Below, in pieces: positions 39,829 to 53,600 of a DNA stretch of 64,000 nt. The notes under the pieces are model-generated. The model ran no database searches. It was not told the origin of the DNA and saw only the letters and a program-made list of their open reading frames with translations. How positions within the stretch are numbered: the stretch's first letter is position 1; every line of letters begins with the position of its first letter. Source of the DNA: Phoronis australis. Taxonomy: Eukaryota > Animalia > Phoronida. The stretch is from the NCBI GenBank assembly GCA_002633005.1, contig NMRA01000110.1, positions 556,623 through 620,622 of the forward strand, given 5' to 3'. The position numbers and the translations under genes are program-made.

Positions 39829-42800
39829 CTGTTAAGGCACAATGCACCAGAACTGCGAACTTATTTTACACATAGAAAATAATCAACGACTAGGATACTT
39901 ACTGTTTTAGTCATCACCATAACAACCGAATCCTTTTAGAGAGTAATATTTTTAATGCTTCATTGAAAGCTCGCACCCTTTTGGAGGGAGCTGTCATGAA
40001 AAAGTCGACATTTTGTGTCTTGAGCCATCCATATGTCCATTTGATCTCTCTTTGCATAGCATTAATAGCCTATGTTTTTATTTCTGTTTTGTGACAACCA
40101 TTTGTGAATTGATGGTGGCAAAGATCAAAGATTTAAGGTTAACAGTTCTTCTAAAAGTTAGCAATAGATGACAATCCATTAAAACAACAGTTGATTACCT
40201 AGGCTCGACACTGGATTGTGGTGAAAGAAGTAAACTGTCTCATTGTCTCACTTCAAACCCACCTGTGCACCTGGCCAGGTAAAACCGCATGCCTTTATCA
40301 CAGATATTCCGTAGTTTATTTTTTGAAAAAATATGCTCTTAACCCTATGAAGGAATGCTGAAATATGACCTCAGCCTCAGTTAGTTTTGTTTACTTGATA
40401 GGATTCTGATCTTTTAGTGGCAATCTAATTATAACTATTTCCATTTTACTATTATTATTATTATTATCACCATGTTTGTATAGCCACTATAGACCAACCC
40501 TCTGTCACAAAAACAACTTTAGATTTGGACCAAGAGTCTAAATTTGTTCTATTGACATTGGTTTCTCTGGACTTGCAAAGTTTAAAATGAGCCTTAATTC
40601 ACAAATGTTGCCATGAATAAATGGTCTTGTATGCTTGGTATTGTGTTGAGGACAGAACACAACTTATCTACTATTTTTCTTTTATGAACACACGCTTGTT
40701 TGCATTAGTTCAAAACATTATGTATCTGTGCGTGAAGACCACGTAATGTGTCGTCATAATGTCTATCGTCTTGTTCATTTCAACACCCCTTGCAGTAAGC
40801 TTGTGTGTTATCACGCCTATAAACCCTGGTATGACAAAGTTAAGAGATAACGACCAGATTTCACCTTAAGATTGGGATTAATTGTGTTGTTTCAACTGTT
40901 GTTAGTTACCAATATAGTCATGATCCACAAGGATCTGCATGCAGCACGATACCCGTGGAGGGTGGTGTGTAAAAATTGTTGCAATAAGTCTGACATGTAT
41001 ATTTACTTGAAAGTAAATTCATTAAACTTGCATGCATTTGAATTTTTTTAGTAACTACCTTTTATCAATGTCTCATAAAGTCATACTTATAAGGCCAGGC
41101 CAACATTTGCCAAATTGTGATTAGAATAAATGGGATTCTTTTACTGCTATGGGATGCATTACAAAGCTTCAATAGGCAACTAGGATTCTCTCAAAAGCCG
41201 TTCTCATACGGGATGTGTCGCTCATGATTGGGTTTTTCACATCCAGATTCTCCTCAAAATAGTGCCTTTCCAATAACCCCAACTGGGAATAAACCAGCGC
41301 CTTCTGTCACTCTCATATTTACCCACAATGCTACACTTCTATAAAACCCTTGTCCTACCACTGAACACTGTTGCTACGTTAACCACTATTTTCCGTTAAG
41401 ATTAGTTTGTCGTTTGTACTTATGATGCCAGCAAAGTTTTACTGTTGATGCTTATTGAATTGAAAACGGATAGTAAGAAAACCTAAAAATTTGTTCTTCA
41501 ATGCCGAACTATACTCGGAAGCATTTCAAACACTAGGTCTGTCATAGGATGTTTTCTACCTCAGTAAGTTGGAGCTGCGATCTGGAAATTTACATCTAGC
41601 CAAGTTCCGAAATGAAGGAACTTTTAACATAGGTGTGTTTACTTGATATGGATGGGGCTTCCCTTTCAGCCTGAAAATCTTTAATTTCAAAAACTGCAAG
41701 TCAGGCTGTTGAACTGGATTCATTCTAAGACGTAACAGCAAGGAGTGCTTGTGTGTTACTTGAACAAAACGCCCTTTGGCGAGATTACTATTGATCAAAT
41801 GTTGGTGTCAATGCACTTCAACAATGTGAAACCATCTTCGGCAAATGTGCTCCTTGACATTTACTATACTATGTACCAATTAACACTCAACCAAAATGTT
41901 TGTTCACCCAGGTTATGAAATTTTTGGCACACAACTCAATACCTAGGGTGATTAATACACTACTTCCTTATTTCGTTACTATGGAGACTGCTTATATAAG
42001 AATTCAGACTGCAGTCAAAGGCATGCATGACTATCAGATGGGTAATCTTCAAACAGTAAAACTCCCACACGTCAGATTTGTGCTCGTCTCCAATGAAGCT
42101 ATGCTGTACCAGTAGCACTGTACTGCTTATGGCATTTGACCCTTCAGCCAGATCTTGTCTAACTGAAAATCTCTTAGTCTGTTTCGATCAGACTCGTGCG
42201 AGTCTTAATGTACCCTCAAAACATGTTACAAGCGTTCCTGAGACTCTTGTAACACGTCTGTTGTAAGGGACAGCCACACATAGTTGGTCACTTCTCAACC
42301 ACCTCCCCCCCCTTGCAGCATCCACCAGCACCCCTACTTAGCCACTAAGTTTCATCACAGGACACCTCAAGCCTCGACCCCCATGTCGTCAACAAAACTC
42401 TACCCTTTCAGTCATTACGCACTCCTCACCTGAAGTTGGCTGAAAGCAAACTAATTTGTAATAGGTGCTACACTTGACCCAGGATTTGTAATATTGTGTT
42501 ACAACCCAATGGTCATAATAACCAGGTTGGTTGCAACACAAGTCAGCTGTACTGCAGAAGTGCACATTTACAGGTATAGTAAAAATTCTCCAGTTTTGGG
42601 TAGTTTCTAAAATGTTGGACACCAAAACTTTAAACCAGAATTAATTTTTGATTTTATAGATCAGTACATTGGCAATTTTAGTGCAGTTTACTTATATCTT
42701 ATATTGTGTTTTTGTATCAACAGAGTTTGAAAATAGTGGTCACAACATCATCAAAAACGTGAATTCGTCTCACAGTGTGTAATATTTAATTGAATTGCCA

Positions 42801-43195
42801 CATGTCTTGATTAAACTTTAATAATTTGAGATGGCTGTCAATGCTTATTTCTAAAATGTCAGAAGCTTCGACCATGAACAATATAATTATTTTTTCACAG
42901 TCCCAAACTGGATAATTTTTTATCATACACCTGCATATGAAACTTACCATACGCCTGCATATGAAACTGCCTTTGCTTACAAAAATTGGGGCAGGTCTAG
43001 AATTGGATGTTGCATTATGGGTATGCATTCACAAAGGTCAAGACCTGCTCAGTTCATGAACCTTCAGATAACCTTGGCGAGACACTTGAGCAAAAGTTGT
43101 TGAGAAAGCACAAAGCGTTTCAAATACGGTGCTTGGACCCGAGATCATGCAGAGTTGACATTCGAGAACTACGGAAGGGCATGTTGGAACAGATA

Positions 43196-43413
43196 TAGTA
43201 AAATTCTTCAATTTGGGACAAAAAATTCATGACATGTTTCTATTTTTCAGAGGCCTGACATTGTCGCAAATGCTCAAAATTTTTACCAAATATTCTTCCG
43301 TAATAGCAACGCCATAGAAACCGTGCTAAAAGCAAATCATGTTTTTTGAGAAATTAGACAAAATGAAATTTCACCTGTCCGCCATACTGTCCCAAACTGA
43401 AAAATTTTTACCA
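43196..43413. mobile_element. Tc1/pogo-like MITE
   Basis: ~26-bp imperfect TIR tagtaaaattcttcaatttgggaca / tgtcccaaactgaaaaatttttacca, with TA on both sides. Confidence 0.55.
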
Positions 43414-44551
43414 TACTGAAAGTTCGTCAAAATCCATGAAACACGGATACTGCATATACATTACCCACGGACTACAGTTTGACCATACATTAACAACAGA
43501 CTGGAGAATAGTTAAAATAAAAGAAAACAATTGGAATGTATAAATTTGTGCTTTAATATGAAGAGTGTCGGGTTTCCATTTTTATAAGACAAGGATAACT
43601 AGTAAAGTAAGTTTGGATCCAAGTTAAAAAGTTACGTCTAAAACAATGAAAAGTAACTAGACAAGAGTACCACTGCTAGTGTGGTATGGGTGACTTGGGC
43701 ATAAGCACTCTGGTTAGGTGAGTTTGAGAAAATACCAACAAAGAGGTAAGAAGCAAGAGTGAGACTAAATCTGTCTTGGACAGGTGTTCAAAGCACAAAT
43801 CAACAGAGACATTTTAAACGACTGTATACAAAGTGAGCCAGTTCTATTTACAATGTTTGGTTTGATAACATTTTATCACATTCCAATATTTGGTCACTTG
43901 AAAATGTACAAACACGACCAACTGCTAAGTTTAACAAATAAACCAAAAGACATCGACACAAAATTCTCTTTGGAATATTTTGGCAAATTTGTATATATAT
44001 ATATGTTAATATATACAGATGTCCCTAGCTATCACAACACACCCCTTGAATAAAAAAATAGTTCTCATGTTAACATTTAATTAGGTGAGCCTTAAATACC
44101 AAGTGTGTCATGTTGCCAACAATGACACCATTGAAAGTTTTCGTCCCAGAATGTGACGGCAAGTCATGATTTCATTGTAACAAAGCACAGGACGATTTCA
44201 AAACAAAACTGGTCGCCATGACAACACATGTTAACATAAACCTACTTCTTGCAATGAATAGTTCATACATAACAATATAAGATTCGTGTTCTGAGGAAAT
44301 AAATTTAAAATCGAAGCTAAAACAAGATAATCACCGAAAAGTTGCTGAATTTAGGATAAAATTTGTTTGATAAGATACTTCAATCAAAATGTGACTGACA
44401 TACAAAAAGTGAACATGCAGCTAAAATAGTTTGATCACAGACTGAGATACTCCTTAGCAGTTCTCATACCCTCACATTGAGATCGTCAAATATGCAGGAC
44501 GGAAAAATCACTCGAGAGTAAGTAAAGACATTACTGGTTAACGATAGCGCC

Positions 44552-46147
44552 CTACGTGGTAGAGCCAATCTGTGGCAATTTGGTTCTTGTGTTAAACGTG
44601 GGCTCATCGGCGACAACACGTGCAGATGTTCGTTTACTGGCTGATGCTTTGTTTTCGTTGCTAGGAGGTTTGGGAAGCCTACGTCGTAACCATGCATGAC
44701 GCAAAGCTTGACCCGGGGTCATGCGAGACGCAGGGTCCCAGGCTAGGCAGCGCTCCATGAAATCTAGGAACAGAGGATCATCACAGTTTTTAAGCGCTGT
44801 TTTCATGTCCTTGGTGCCCGGTGGACCCCTCGTTTTACCTCGCCGTGACCTACCTGCCTGGAACACCACATTACCATCCAACCCTGTTGTGACGTTGCAG
44901 TAACGAGGATAACCCTTCGAACTGATGAAATTCCTGGCACGTTTTGATTGGTCGAGCAGCTTCTGCGGAGGCATTCCTTGCAACTCAATGATTGTAGCAA
45001 GCTGGTCTCCTTCGTCTTCACCGGGGAACAGTGGGTAACCGGTTAACAACTCGGCGAGGATACAACCCAAACTCCACATATCAATAGGCATTCCATACTT
45101 GGCTCCAAGGATTACCTCAGGTGCACGGTAAAACCTTGACTGAATATACGTATATATTCTTTGATGCTCGTAACAACTTGACCCAAAGTCGATGACCTTG
45201 ATGCCGCTACGGCCTTGCTGTTTTAGAAGAATGTTCTCTGGTTTAAGATCACAGTGAATAATGCGGTTTTTGTTCAAAGCCTCCAAACATTGGAGAATAG
45301 AGTGAGCAAACTTTCTAACCAATTGGAGACTAAAACCTTGAAACTTATTCTTTTTAATAAGTTCATACAGGTTCATGCTCAACAATTCGAAGGTGATACA
45401 TATATGATTCCGAAACGTAAAATGTTCATACATATGAATTATATTCATGTTATTGTCCTTGTCTTGTTTCTTCAAATTGTCTAGAATGCGAATTTCTTCC
45501 TGAGCTTGTCTGTGGAATCGTTTCTCATTTCGTACCATTTTCAACGCAATGTGAGCCTTCGCTTTATGGTCATATGCCTTAACGACTTGTCCAAAGCTAC
45601 CTTTTCCAATAACTTTAAGAACTTCATATCGATAGCCTATATGATCATGAGGTACGTGAATATATGATCCATTCTCATCGTCGTAACCACTGTTGTTAGC
45701 TCCTCCAGCAACTCCGGCTCGTTTCTTAGAGTTCGGACCAACGAAATAAATTTGAGGGTAGTTGAATATTTCGTGATGTTCAAACGTTGACAGCTTGTGC
45801 ATATACTGCTTCATGGCAGTTTCAGGGCTAAAGGACGAAGCCCGTTTAGCCGAGTCAATATTACTCCCGTTGCTACCAGTTGACCCCGCTCGGACTGTGG
45901 GGAGATTTGCCGATGTGCCGCCATTTTGAATCGTACCGTGTTTGTCTTCGTACAGTTGTTGAACTTTTACACCCTGGTTACTCACACGGCCGAGTTGTGA
46001 TCCACCTCCTACGGTTTGGCTCGCTAGTGGCGGTAAGTGGTGCGTATTCGGATTATCGATAGCTCCAAAGGTATCTCCTGACGAACCGACCAGCGACCGA
46101 GTCCTCTGAACTGTCTGAACAGGCAAAGGTTTCACACGAGTCGACAT
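44552..46147 (-). CDS. DYRK2: Dual-specificity tyrosine-phosphorylation-regulated kinase 2 (class II DYRK), intronless CDS, 531 aa
   Basis: VQQLYED motif, NAPA-region [27 protein letters not shown] box [30 protein letters not shown] and [13 protein letters not shown]. In-frame TGA three codons upstream of the ATG. Confidence 0.96.
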   Translation of the reverse strand: MSTRVKPLPVQTVQRTRSLVGSSGDTFGAIDNPNTHHLPPLASQTVGGGSQLGRVSNQGVKVQQLYEDKHGTIQNGGTSANLPTVRAGSTGSNGSNIDSAKRASSFSPETAMKQYMHKLSTFEHHEIFNYPQIYFVGPNSKKRAGVAGGANNSGYDDENGSYIHVPHDHIGYRYEVLKVIGKGSFGQVVKAYDHKAKAHIALKMVRNEKRFHRQAQEEIRILDNLKKQDKDNNMNIIHMYEHFTFRNHICITFELLSMNLYELIKKNKFQGFSLQLVRKFAHSILQCLEALNKNRIIHCDLKPENILLKQQGRSGIKVIDFGSSCYEHQRIYTYIQSRFYRAPEVILGAKYGMPIDMWSLGCILAELLTGYPLFPGEDEGDQLATIIELQGMPPQKLLDQSKRARNFISSKGYPRYCNVTTGLDGNVVFQAGRSRRGKTRGPPGTKDMKTALKNCDDPLFLDFMERCLAWDPASRMTPGQALRHAWLRRRLPKPPSNENKASASKRTSARVVADEPTFNTRTKLPQIGSTT

Positions 46148-46339
46148 TTTCCGTCAAATAACTCCTGTAATATATCCTTAATGATCCAGTGGTGTTGTTG
46201 TCCGCATTTATGAATTGTTTGTAGGCGACATGAAACGAATTTTGGCGAAAATTGAACAAAAATTTCAACTACAGTCGCTCCCGGAATCGGCCTCATGAAA
46301 CTATTTGTTGCTATTTTTTCAAACCCTGCATAATGAGAC

Positions 46340-46432
46340 TGGTTGCTATGCTAATATGCGGGTACGTCACCGCGTGACGTCAATGCACGTGACTAGTTTG
46401 AACCAATTGATGCATTCCATATTATAAATAGC
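46340..46432. promoter_or_regulatory. Putative DYRK2 proximal promoter motif cluster
   Basis: X-box-like GTTGCTATGCTAAT 46342-55, CRE TGACGTCA 46375-82, E-box CACGTG 46386-91, CCAAT near 46403, TATAAATA near 46423 on the + strand. Confidence 0.5.
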
Positions 46433-48334
46433 CTTTTGTTCGCACAGGCATCGAGCCTTCTACCCAGACGTTGTTTGAACAGACAAATGAATAGACCGCG
46501 TAAGCGGATTAATCGCTATTTACCTCGGCTGGACAGGAGTCCTGATTGCCTGAAGCATTCACAACTGCTGTGTGCAACACTCAGGATCACACAGAAGCTA
46601 AAACAACACATTTTTGATCCGATATAATAAATTTACAATAAGCTTTCTAGTGCGATAAACCGTGCACCCAGATGCGGGGATAAAATCGAGCCGAAGTTGA
46701 CGATTCGTCGGACAGTGACTAGTTCTGTGCTTCATCGTCGTCACAAGTTACCGTAATCAATACATGAATTTACAGAAATATGTTCGGAAAGCGAACGTTT
46801 TTTGACATAGCGTAATCAATATTCGGTTGCAATGTCATCTACAAGTAGGCCTAGCTGACCGTAACCGGCAGATAAAACCATCAGTCCTAACTTGAACCAC
46901 TTGAGTGTGGAGGCTTTACCAGAAAAAAAAACATGCGTCATGGAGCAAAATGTGCACTGTGCATTTAAAAATTACGAATAAAAAAGCGGGGAGTAACTTA
47001 AATAGGCTAATTTCGTTTTTGCAGTTCCAGTTCCTCATTTCCAGAAATCGACGTACCGGAATAGTCGCGGGTTGCGAATTTGCGCTAACCCGCCATGCAG
47101 TGAACCCATCCCAGTGATGAGGGCGTCCCTGCTGCCTACCAGTGACCGTCCCAACTTTTCAGCTCCGTTCCAGTGTAAAATTAATTAGACATATAAACTA
47201 CTGTAACAGAAGAGCTCTTACGTACAAAAAGGATTTTTGAGGTAGCAGTGCAATGATGCTGAGGTCTTCAGTTCTGCAGGCAGACAATTAAAATATTCCC
47301 AAAAACTGTAGCGAATTCGCTTTGCCACTGAGTTTCACCGAAATATGACATTGCGTACAGCAGATTTCAGTCTGCAAATTTCGAGCCTGTTGTATAAGTT
47401 TTTAGTGTGGAGCTTGTACTCTCGTTTTGCGGGGTAAACAAATATCCGAAAATAATTAGTCCGTTCAATTTGCAGACGGAAGGAAATTCTGTGACTTCAC
47501 TCCAGCTGAAGATTTTCATTTATGACTAAAAAGAAATTACCTTGCGTAATTCACGTGTTTGGCTCCCGCAAAAGTGAAAATATACAGTTTGACTGGCGTA
47601 AAATACTTCGCGATGACAACTTTCACCCCGCATGTTCTTTTATTATCATGTAGCCCCGCATTTGGTCCTCATCGTTGCGCCCAATTGTGAGGCGGACCTC
47701 GTGTGGAATAAAATGATTCGGTGCTGTATATTAATTCAATGTGCGCCTAATTGCGAAACTAAGGCGCCTGCGTTTATACGCGGGAGATTTGAGTGGAAAA
47801 TTTCACTGTTTCGCATATAAGCGCATGTGTTTATTTGGAGGTTGAACGGTAGTTAGAAAGATGACTTTTAGGTCCACTCAAATTGGTACTAATTCTAGAT
47901 AATCACAAATTGTCATTTTACGGTTCATAGCCTAATGCTCTTTCTACAGTGAACGAACGTACAAAAACCTCATTGCTTAGAGCGTGATTCTCTCTCTTGG
48001 ATTATGCGAAACACCTGGGTCATCTGGGCTCTGAGAGTGACATGTACGTACTGCCATCTATCGGTAACAGAAGGAAGCCTAAGTTCGTCCATTTCCGCGC
48101 AATACTAAACCATAAACAAAAATGAATTATTTATTTTCTACCCAGAACATGGCAAAGTAGTATATCATATAAGAATAATGATTACAGTAACACTATATTT
48201 GAACGATGTCTGTAGTTGCTTACCAAATCTAAAAAAAGTAAGTATATATCTGAGTTTAGACTAAACACCGTGTTTTTGCCGCGAAAGATCATGCAGGGGG
48301 ATTCCTCATCGATTGTTTTATTTACATAAAGAGA

Positions 48335-48552
48335 GGTTATACAGAATTTGTTAAATGCACGACACTTTTCATTGTTCACTTGAGAATGAAACAATTATGT
48401 TTCGAAATATCGTATGTTTTTTAATTGTGTCGCTAGGTCAGTTATTGTATCTTTGAGTTGAGAGTAGAGTTTTGTTCCGAAAGTACGAATGTAACGGAAT
48501 AAAGACTGTGAACAATGAAAAGTGTCGTGCATTTAACAAATTCTGTATAACC
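48335..48552. mobile_element. 218-bp MITE-like element with perfect 45-bp inverted repeats
   Basis: ggttatacagaatttgttaaatgcacgacacttttcattgttcac (48335-79) is the exact reverse complement of 48508-48552. Confidence 0.75.
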
Positions 48553-49048
48553 GAAAACTTGCTCCCGAAGTACAGCCATGAAGAGAGGTATACGACTTTT
48601 CTTCAGATTTTGTTGCAAGGCTTACTGTCTTGTTGGGCTTACATGGGCTAAGACAAAAACAACCTGGCAATAGCATTCTGCGCCCGCCAAACGGATAGCC
48701 AGTCAGTCGATTCTTAGGCTGACTGAAAAACGTATCTCTCTTTCCACGCATAGGCCTACTTTTCATTGAATTTAAGCTTAAACATCAATTTTTTTTCAAT
48801 ATTTTATTTGACTTCTTCGACGAATCTCAATTAGTATACACGACTTTTGTCCGGAATAACTGCAATTTGCCCGTGAGTCGGTAAACATACTGGCCAGGCT
48901 AGTCCCGCAGTCGCATCCGCCCTTCTCCCGTGTCCGTCGTCGAAAACAATAGGACTCGATGAATCGGGCTCTATGTCAATGATCACAAGGTACACGACTT
49001 TTAGCTTTAACATTGGAGTTGGTAAAATTGTAGACCGCCCGATTAGTA

Positions 49049-49319
49049 TACCCGGCAGGGCTTCAGTACCCCGGCGGCATGCAGGGCTTTAGTACCCGGC
49101 GGCGGCCGGGGCTTCAGTACCCGGCAGGGCTTCAGTACCCGGCATGGTTTCAGTACCCGGCGGGGCTTCAGTACCCACGGCGGGGCTTCAGTACCCGGCA
49201 GAGCTTCAGTACCCGGAAGGGTTTCAGTACCCGCGGCGGGGCTTCACTGAGTACCCGCGGCGGGGCTTCAGTACCCGGCAGGGCTTCAGTACCCGGCAGC
49301 AGGGCTCAAGTTCAGTACC
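49049..49319. repeat. GC-rich 18-21-bp tandem repeat, about 13 copies
   Basis: Unit gggcttcagtacccggca with variants. Confidence 0.9.
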
Positions 49320-50679
49320 ACTACTAAATATTTCGATGAACATTACTGTTTAGTTTGACAGACTAGAAAAGTAAACACTGAGGAACTAAAAGATACTTTG
49401 ACGATCAGAAAAAGATACATTACACACGCCCGAGGGGAAGGTAGACTGAATTATTGGGGTGCACAAACCAGTTTTTTTTTTCACTGTGATATATATTTAT
49501 TGAAGGATACACAGAACATACAAACCAGTCGGCTTCTCCACTAACTTTTCCTTCATTATAACCCCCATGAGGTGCTAAAATATATGCCCACGGACGACGG
49601 CACCAGGACAAGGATCACTACTACCAAACATATTATAGTTACAGAGTATCCTTGCTTCTACAAAGGCCCGTCATCGACCGAATCCAACTTAAGTGGGGAT
49701 GGTAATTGCTCAGTGTCGTTTGTCGACTTCCGGCGTGATCGACATAGGCTCCAATTAGCCAAGTTTGTACACTACCATGATATAATTAAGTTTGTTAATC
49801 CATGGACTGACTTACATGAATATTTCCCCATGATCTCGTCAACTGCATAACCTTAATTAAAGTCGCCCAATATCTCTGAATATGTCCCGTTTTCCATAAA
49901 GTGATATTGTGCTACGACTGTCTTAGTTCTGATCGTTTCACTGCGTGTTGTAAGTAAGTTATATTATCATGTCTTATCATATTTTTGATATTTTTTAGTT
50001 TTGTCGGCCTTGTTGTTTCTTTTTTATCGTTACGTATTTATTTACATTACTGTATGCAAAGTCACATATCCTTTAGATATAAATTCCTGTTACTCTCTAT
50101 TATTAGAGATCTACAAATTACTTCAGTGTACCACGAATCTCAGAAAGTTTTCAGTGTTGAGTTGTTTATATTAACGGGCTTTCCAGATGGTGTCTTTCTG
50201 TTGGACATTTAGATAATTTTGATTTACCTTTTGCCTCATATTTTTACAGTTATTCTTAGTGTTTTTGTTTTTCAGTTTTAGTTATAGTAGTACATCAAAT
50301 ATGGAGTTCAGAGGCGGACCCAGGATTGTTAAAAAGGGGATCCAAGTCAACAATTTGAAAAGCCTAGGTCTTTTTGTATGGACGTAGTAAATAATGTGAT
50401 AAAGGTTAGCCATCTGCAGCCTGCAGTGAACTGACAGTTAGTTTTCTTATACTCCGCGCGGAGTCTCTTTATCTGTTTACAGAAGATAAACCTTTGACCT
50501 ATTAACCCGGATCGTCGTTCATACGTTGGTTCCAGTGGACACTGAGGTTATAACCGCGGTCCCGATTTGCACTGGGCTCACACCTGACTTTGATCAAATA
50601 GAAGACGTGGTCCACAGGAACCAGCACATCACATACTGCACTGTTTCAAGCTACGACTCGGTGTGTGTCACCAATCATT

Positions 50680-53600
50680 ATGAGCGGAGCAGGAAGTGGC
50701 GGATCCGTGAAAGGTGCCAAAGGCGAGATCACAGATACTTTTCCTGGGCTGCAGGTTTTATACGATTATGTTGCCGAACACACCCTCCGTCTCACGCCAG
50801 TTCAAGAAGCGCTCATAAAGGTTTGTTAGTTGGGGCTTTACAGTGTCATTGAGCTGGTAGCCTAGACACAGCTTGACCCGCGGGGTAATCGTAGCCGGTC
50901 GGATACATGGGTCCCAGATTTGAGAATCAGTTACTCACGTTCAATGACGCCCATTTTTCATTGGTAATAACTGATTCTCAATCAATTTTAAATAAAAAAC
51001 CCACCTATCCGACGTCCATGCGCAATTAGGGTGCTACAGTATTAGCATGTTCGCGGACACAGTTCCATCGGCCTCTGACACAGCGCCACCTGTAATGTTA
51101 AAGAGTAAGCTCCATGCCGGACCGAGATGGGTTATTGTTAGACAACACATGTACTAGTCTATAAATCTAGACAATGACCACTGGCTCTAGCTCACCAGCT
51201 AGAGACGGTGGTCAATGTCTAGGTTCCATTCAGACTGTGGCCCAGAATTCTGACCCACCAGGGTCCAGGATTGAATCTTCGAACTCACGAGACTCGACCA
51301 AGACTCGAAGTTTGACCACACGCCAAGCATGACATGCAGTTTTTTAGTCGAGATTTGAGTACTTATTAGACGGCCCCGTACCCTGGAAAAGACATGACGC
51401 AGTTTGTTTAATGCCTCAATATTGAAACAAGTGATGGAAGTGGCGTAACCTTCTAATTTTAGTCTTGACGTAACACTAAATTCTTGGATCCGGTAAGATG
51501 ACCTCATTTAGTAAATATGCCGGGCTTTGAATTTAACGTGTAGAATTATTTAAAGGCGAAGGCAACTTTTCTTCATGCCATTTTTAGCAAAAATAAGGTT
51601 CGTTGGTTATCCAAGACATATTTTACTCTTAATTGTAATTTTTCGTAATTTAATTAATTACTCGTCCTCTACTCCAGAACTGACGTTTTGGGAAGCAAGA
51701 ATTTAGCGCCAATTTGGCTCTGCGTTGAGTGCAGTGTGATGATCTGTACTACTTTTGTTTTCGGGCTGTTTTTCTAAAATTGTCGTCACCACTTCCCATC
51801 GACGAGTTTCCTACGACAAACTAGGTTGTTAGAGAACCCAAATACGTTGGATTTAGGGATTCTTTAGTTTGTATTAATCTAAAAATGACTCAACGTGGAG
51901 TCGGCCACCCATATCACATTGACAGTAGTGACGTGAGTAACGGAGACATTGTTCATATAGCAGTGGTGACGAGGAATTTTTTCACTGACAATCAGTGGGT
52001 GGGTATACCTTGTATGTTTGAGTCCGAGTATAATGAGGCAGAGTATGCACAGGCACAACTGTCCCACTGCACTTGCCCCAGTGTCCCGGAACACACTCCC
52101 ACTGGATGGTGACCTGAGCACCCAAAATGCTTACATCCTGCAGTGTGACTCCCTCGCCACACAACTGGTTCCAATACTTTAGACAAATCCACAATAAACT
52201 TATCAAAGTTTGGCTCACGAATCTGTTCGTTGGACGACGAATTGTCCTCTTCACTGGATGTCAAACTGGGCCTGTATTCACTCCCACAACTCAACATATC
52301 GCGGCAGGGCTGCTTACAGGCTCTGTGTTAGAAACAACAGCACAGGGCGAATCACTGCTAGTTCCCAGAATTGCACGCTCTGTATCTTTGGAGGCACGGG
52401 TGACAGTAGATGAAGTGCCTCCAGTCACTGTGGTGGCCATAGATCGCGAGGCTTCTCGCTTCAAAAACGCACTTCTCGGGGGTGTCGACGGAGCACTGCC
52501 GGTAATCAACAGCTACGGTATCGCACCCTTCTTCAGAAGTTGTTTCGCAGGGACCTTTATCAATTCAGTTTACATATCCCTCTCGTAATCTGACGGCAGA
52601 ATGCTTGCCACTCACTCGGTAACCCTCCTCTGCTTTGAACGTTGCGTTGACGGGTAACGCTGCGTTCTTCACACGAGCGAGCCAAGTTCGACGAAGTGTG
52701 TCATCATTTGGAAAGCGATGCAAAGCCTGGTATTCCCAAAGCGCGCGTGAGACGATAATGAGTACATCCCGGTACGCAGCAACAGTGTGGCATGTTGTCT
52801 GACTTTGTAAACAAATGCAAACGACGACCGAACTTACCACAACCGAGGTAGAACAATGACTGACTCGACAGCTCTTACAGTCAGACTATATGAAAAGAAA
52901 TTGGCGCGAAATTCTTGCCTCCCAAAGCGTCACTTCTGGAGTAGAGCACGAGTAATTAATCAAATTACGAAAAGCTGTAATTAAGTGAAAAATATGTCTG
53001 GGATAACCAACGAACCTTATTTTTGCTAAAAATGACATGAAAAAAGGTTGCCTTCGCCTTTAACCACAAAAGTGATTTCGGAGCTGACATTGAAAAACTT
53101 GTCTGCTAGTGCTACTAAATGAGACTGGGGTCATATTTCAACTTGCTTAGAACTTGGCACAAGCGTGCTTGTACTGAAAAGGATGACTTCACAAAAGTAG
53201 TTCCTAGGGGGACTGCGTGCTTGGCGACCAGAACGAAGCGAATATTTCACCAACTTGAGTGTTTTTCCCGCCACTCAGTCTGGGACTAATGTTTCAGTGC
53301 TCTATCTTATTGGCTGTGTTGAGCATGCGCGCACCCGGGGGGGGGGCTCATTTGGTGAAGTGGACAAAAAGGTCCGTCTCAGAGAAACAAACACTGTGGA
53401 AAAAAGCAGAAAACGAGACAAAAGTCCATTAAAAAGGCGGGAACTACCAAAATTCGGCGAATAAACAATTGATAGCTCTGGATGTACCCGTGCCGTAAAA
53501 GACCAACATTCTCAAAAATTCGAGACCCCCGTTTTTTGGCTGGATACGCGCATGTTGAATTTCATATTGTAGTAGCAAAGAACGATGTCTGGTGGTAGGC

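Noticed and set aside
31600-43200. Short ORFs and isolated splice-like signals
   Set aside because: No consistent exon chain and no recognisable protein motifs.
52127-52588. 153-aa + strand ORF
   Set aside because: Antisense shadow of the decayed THAP-transposase.
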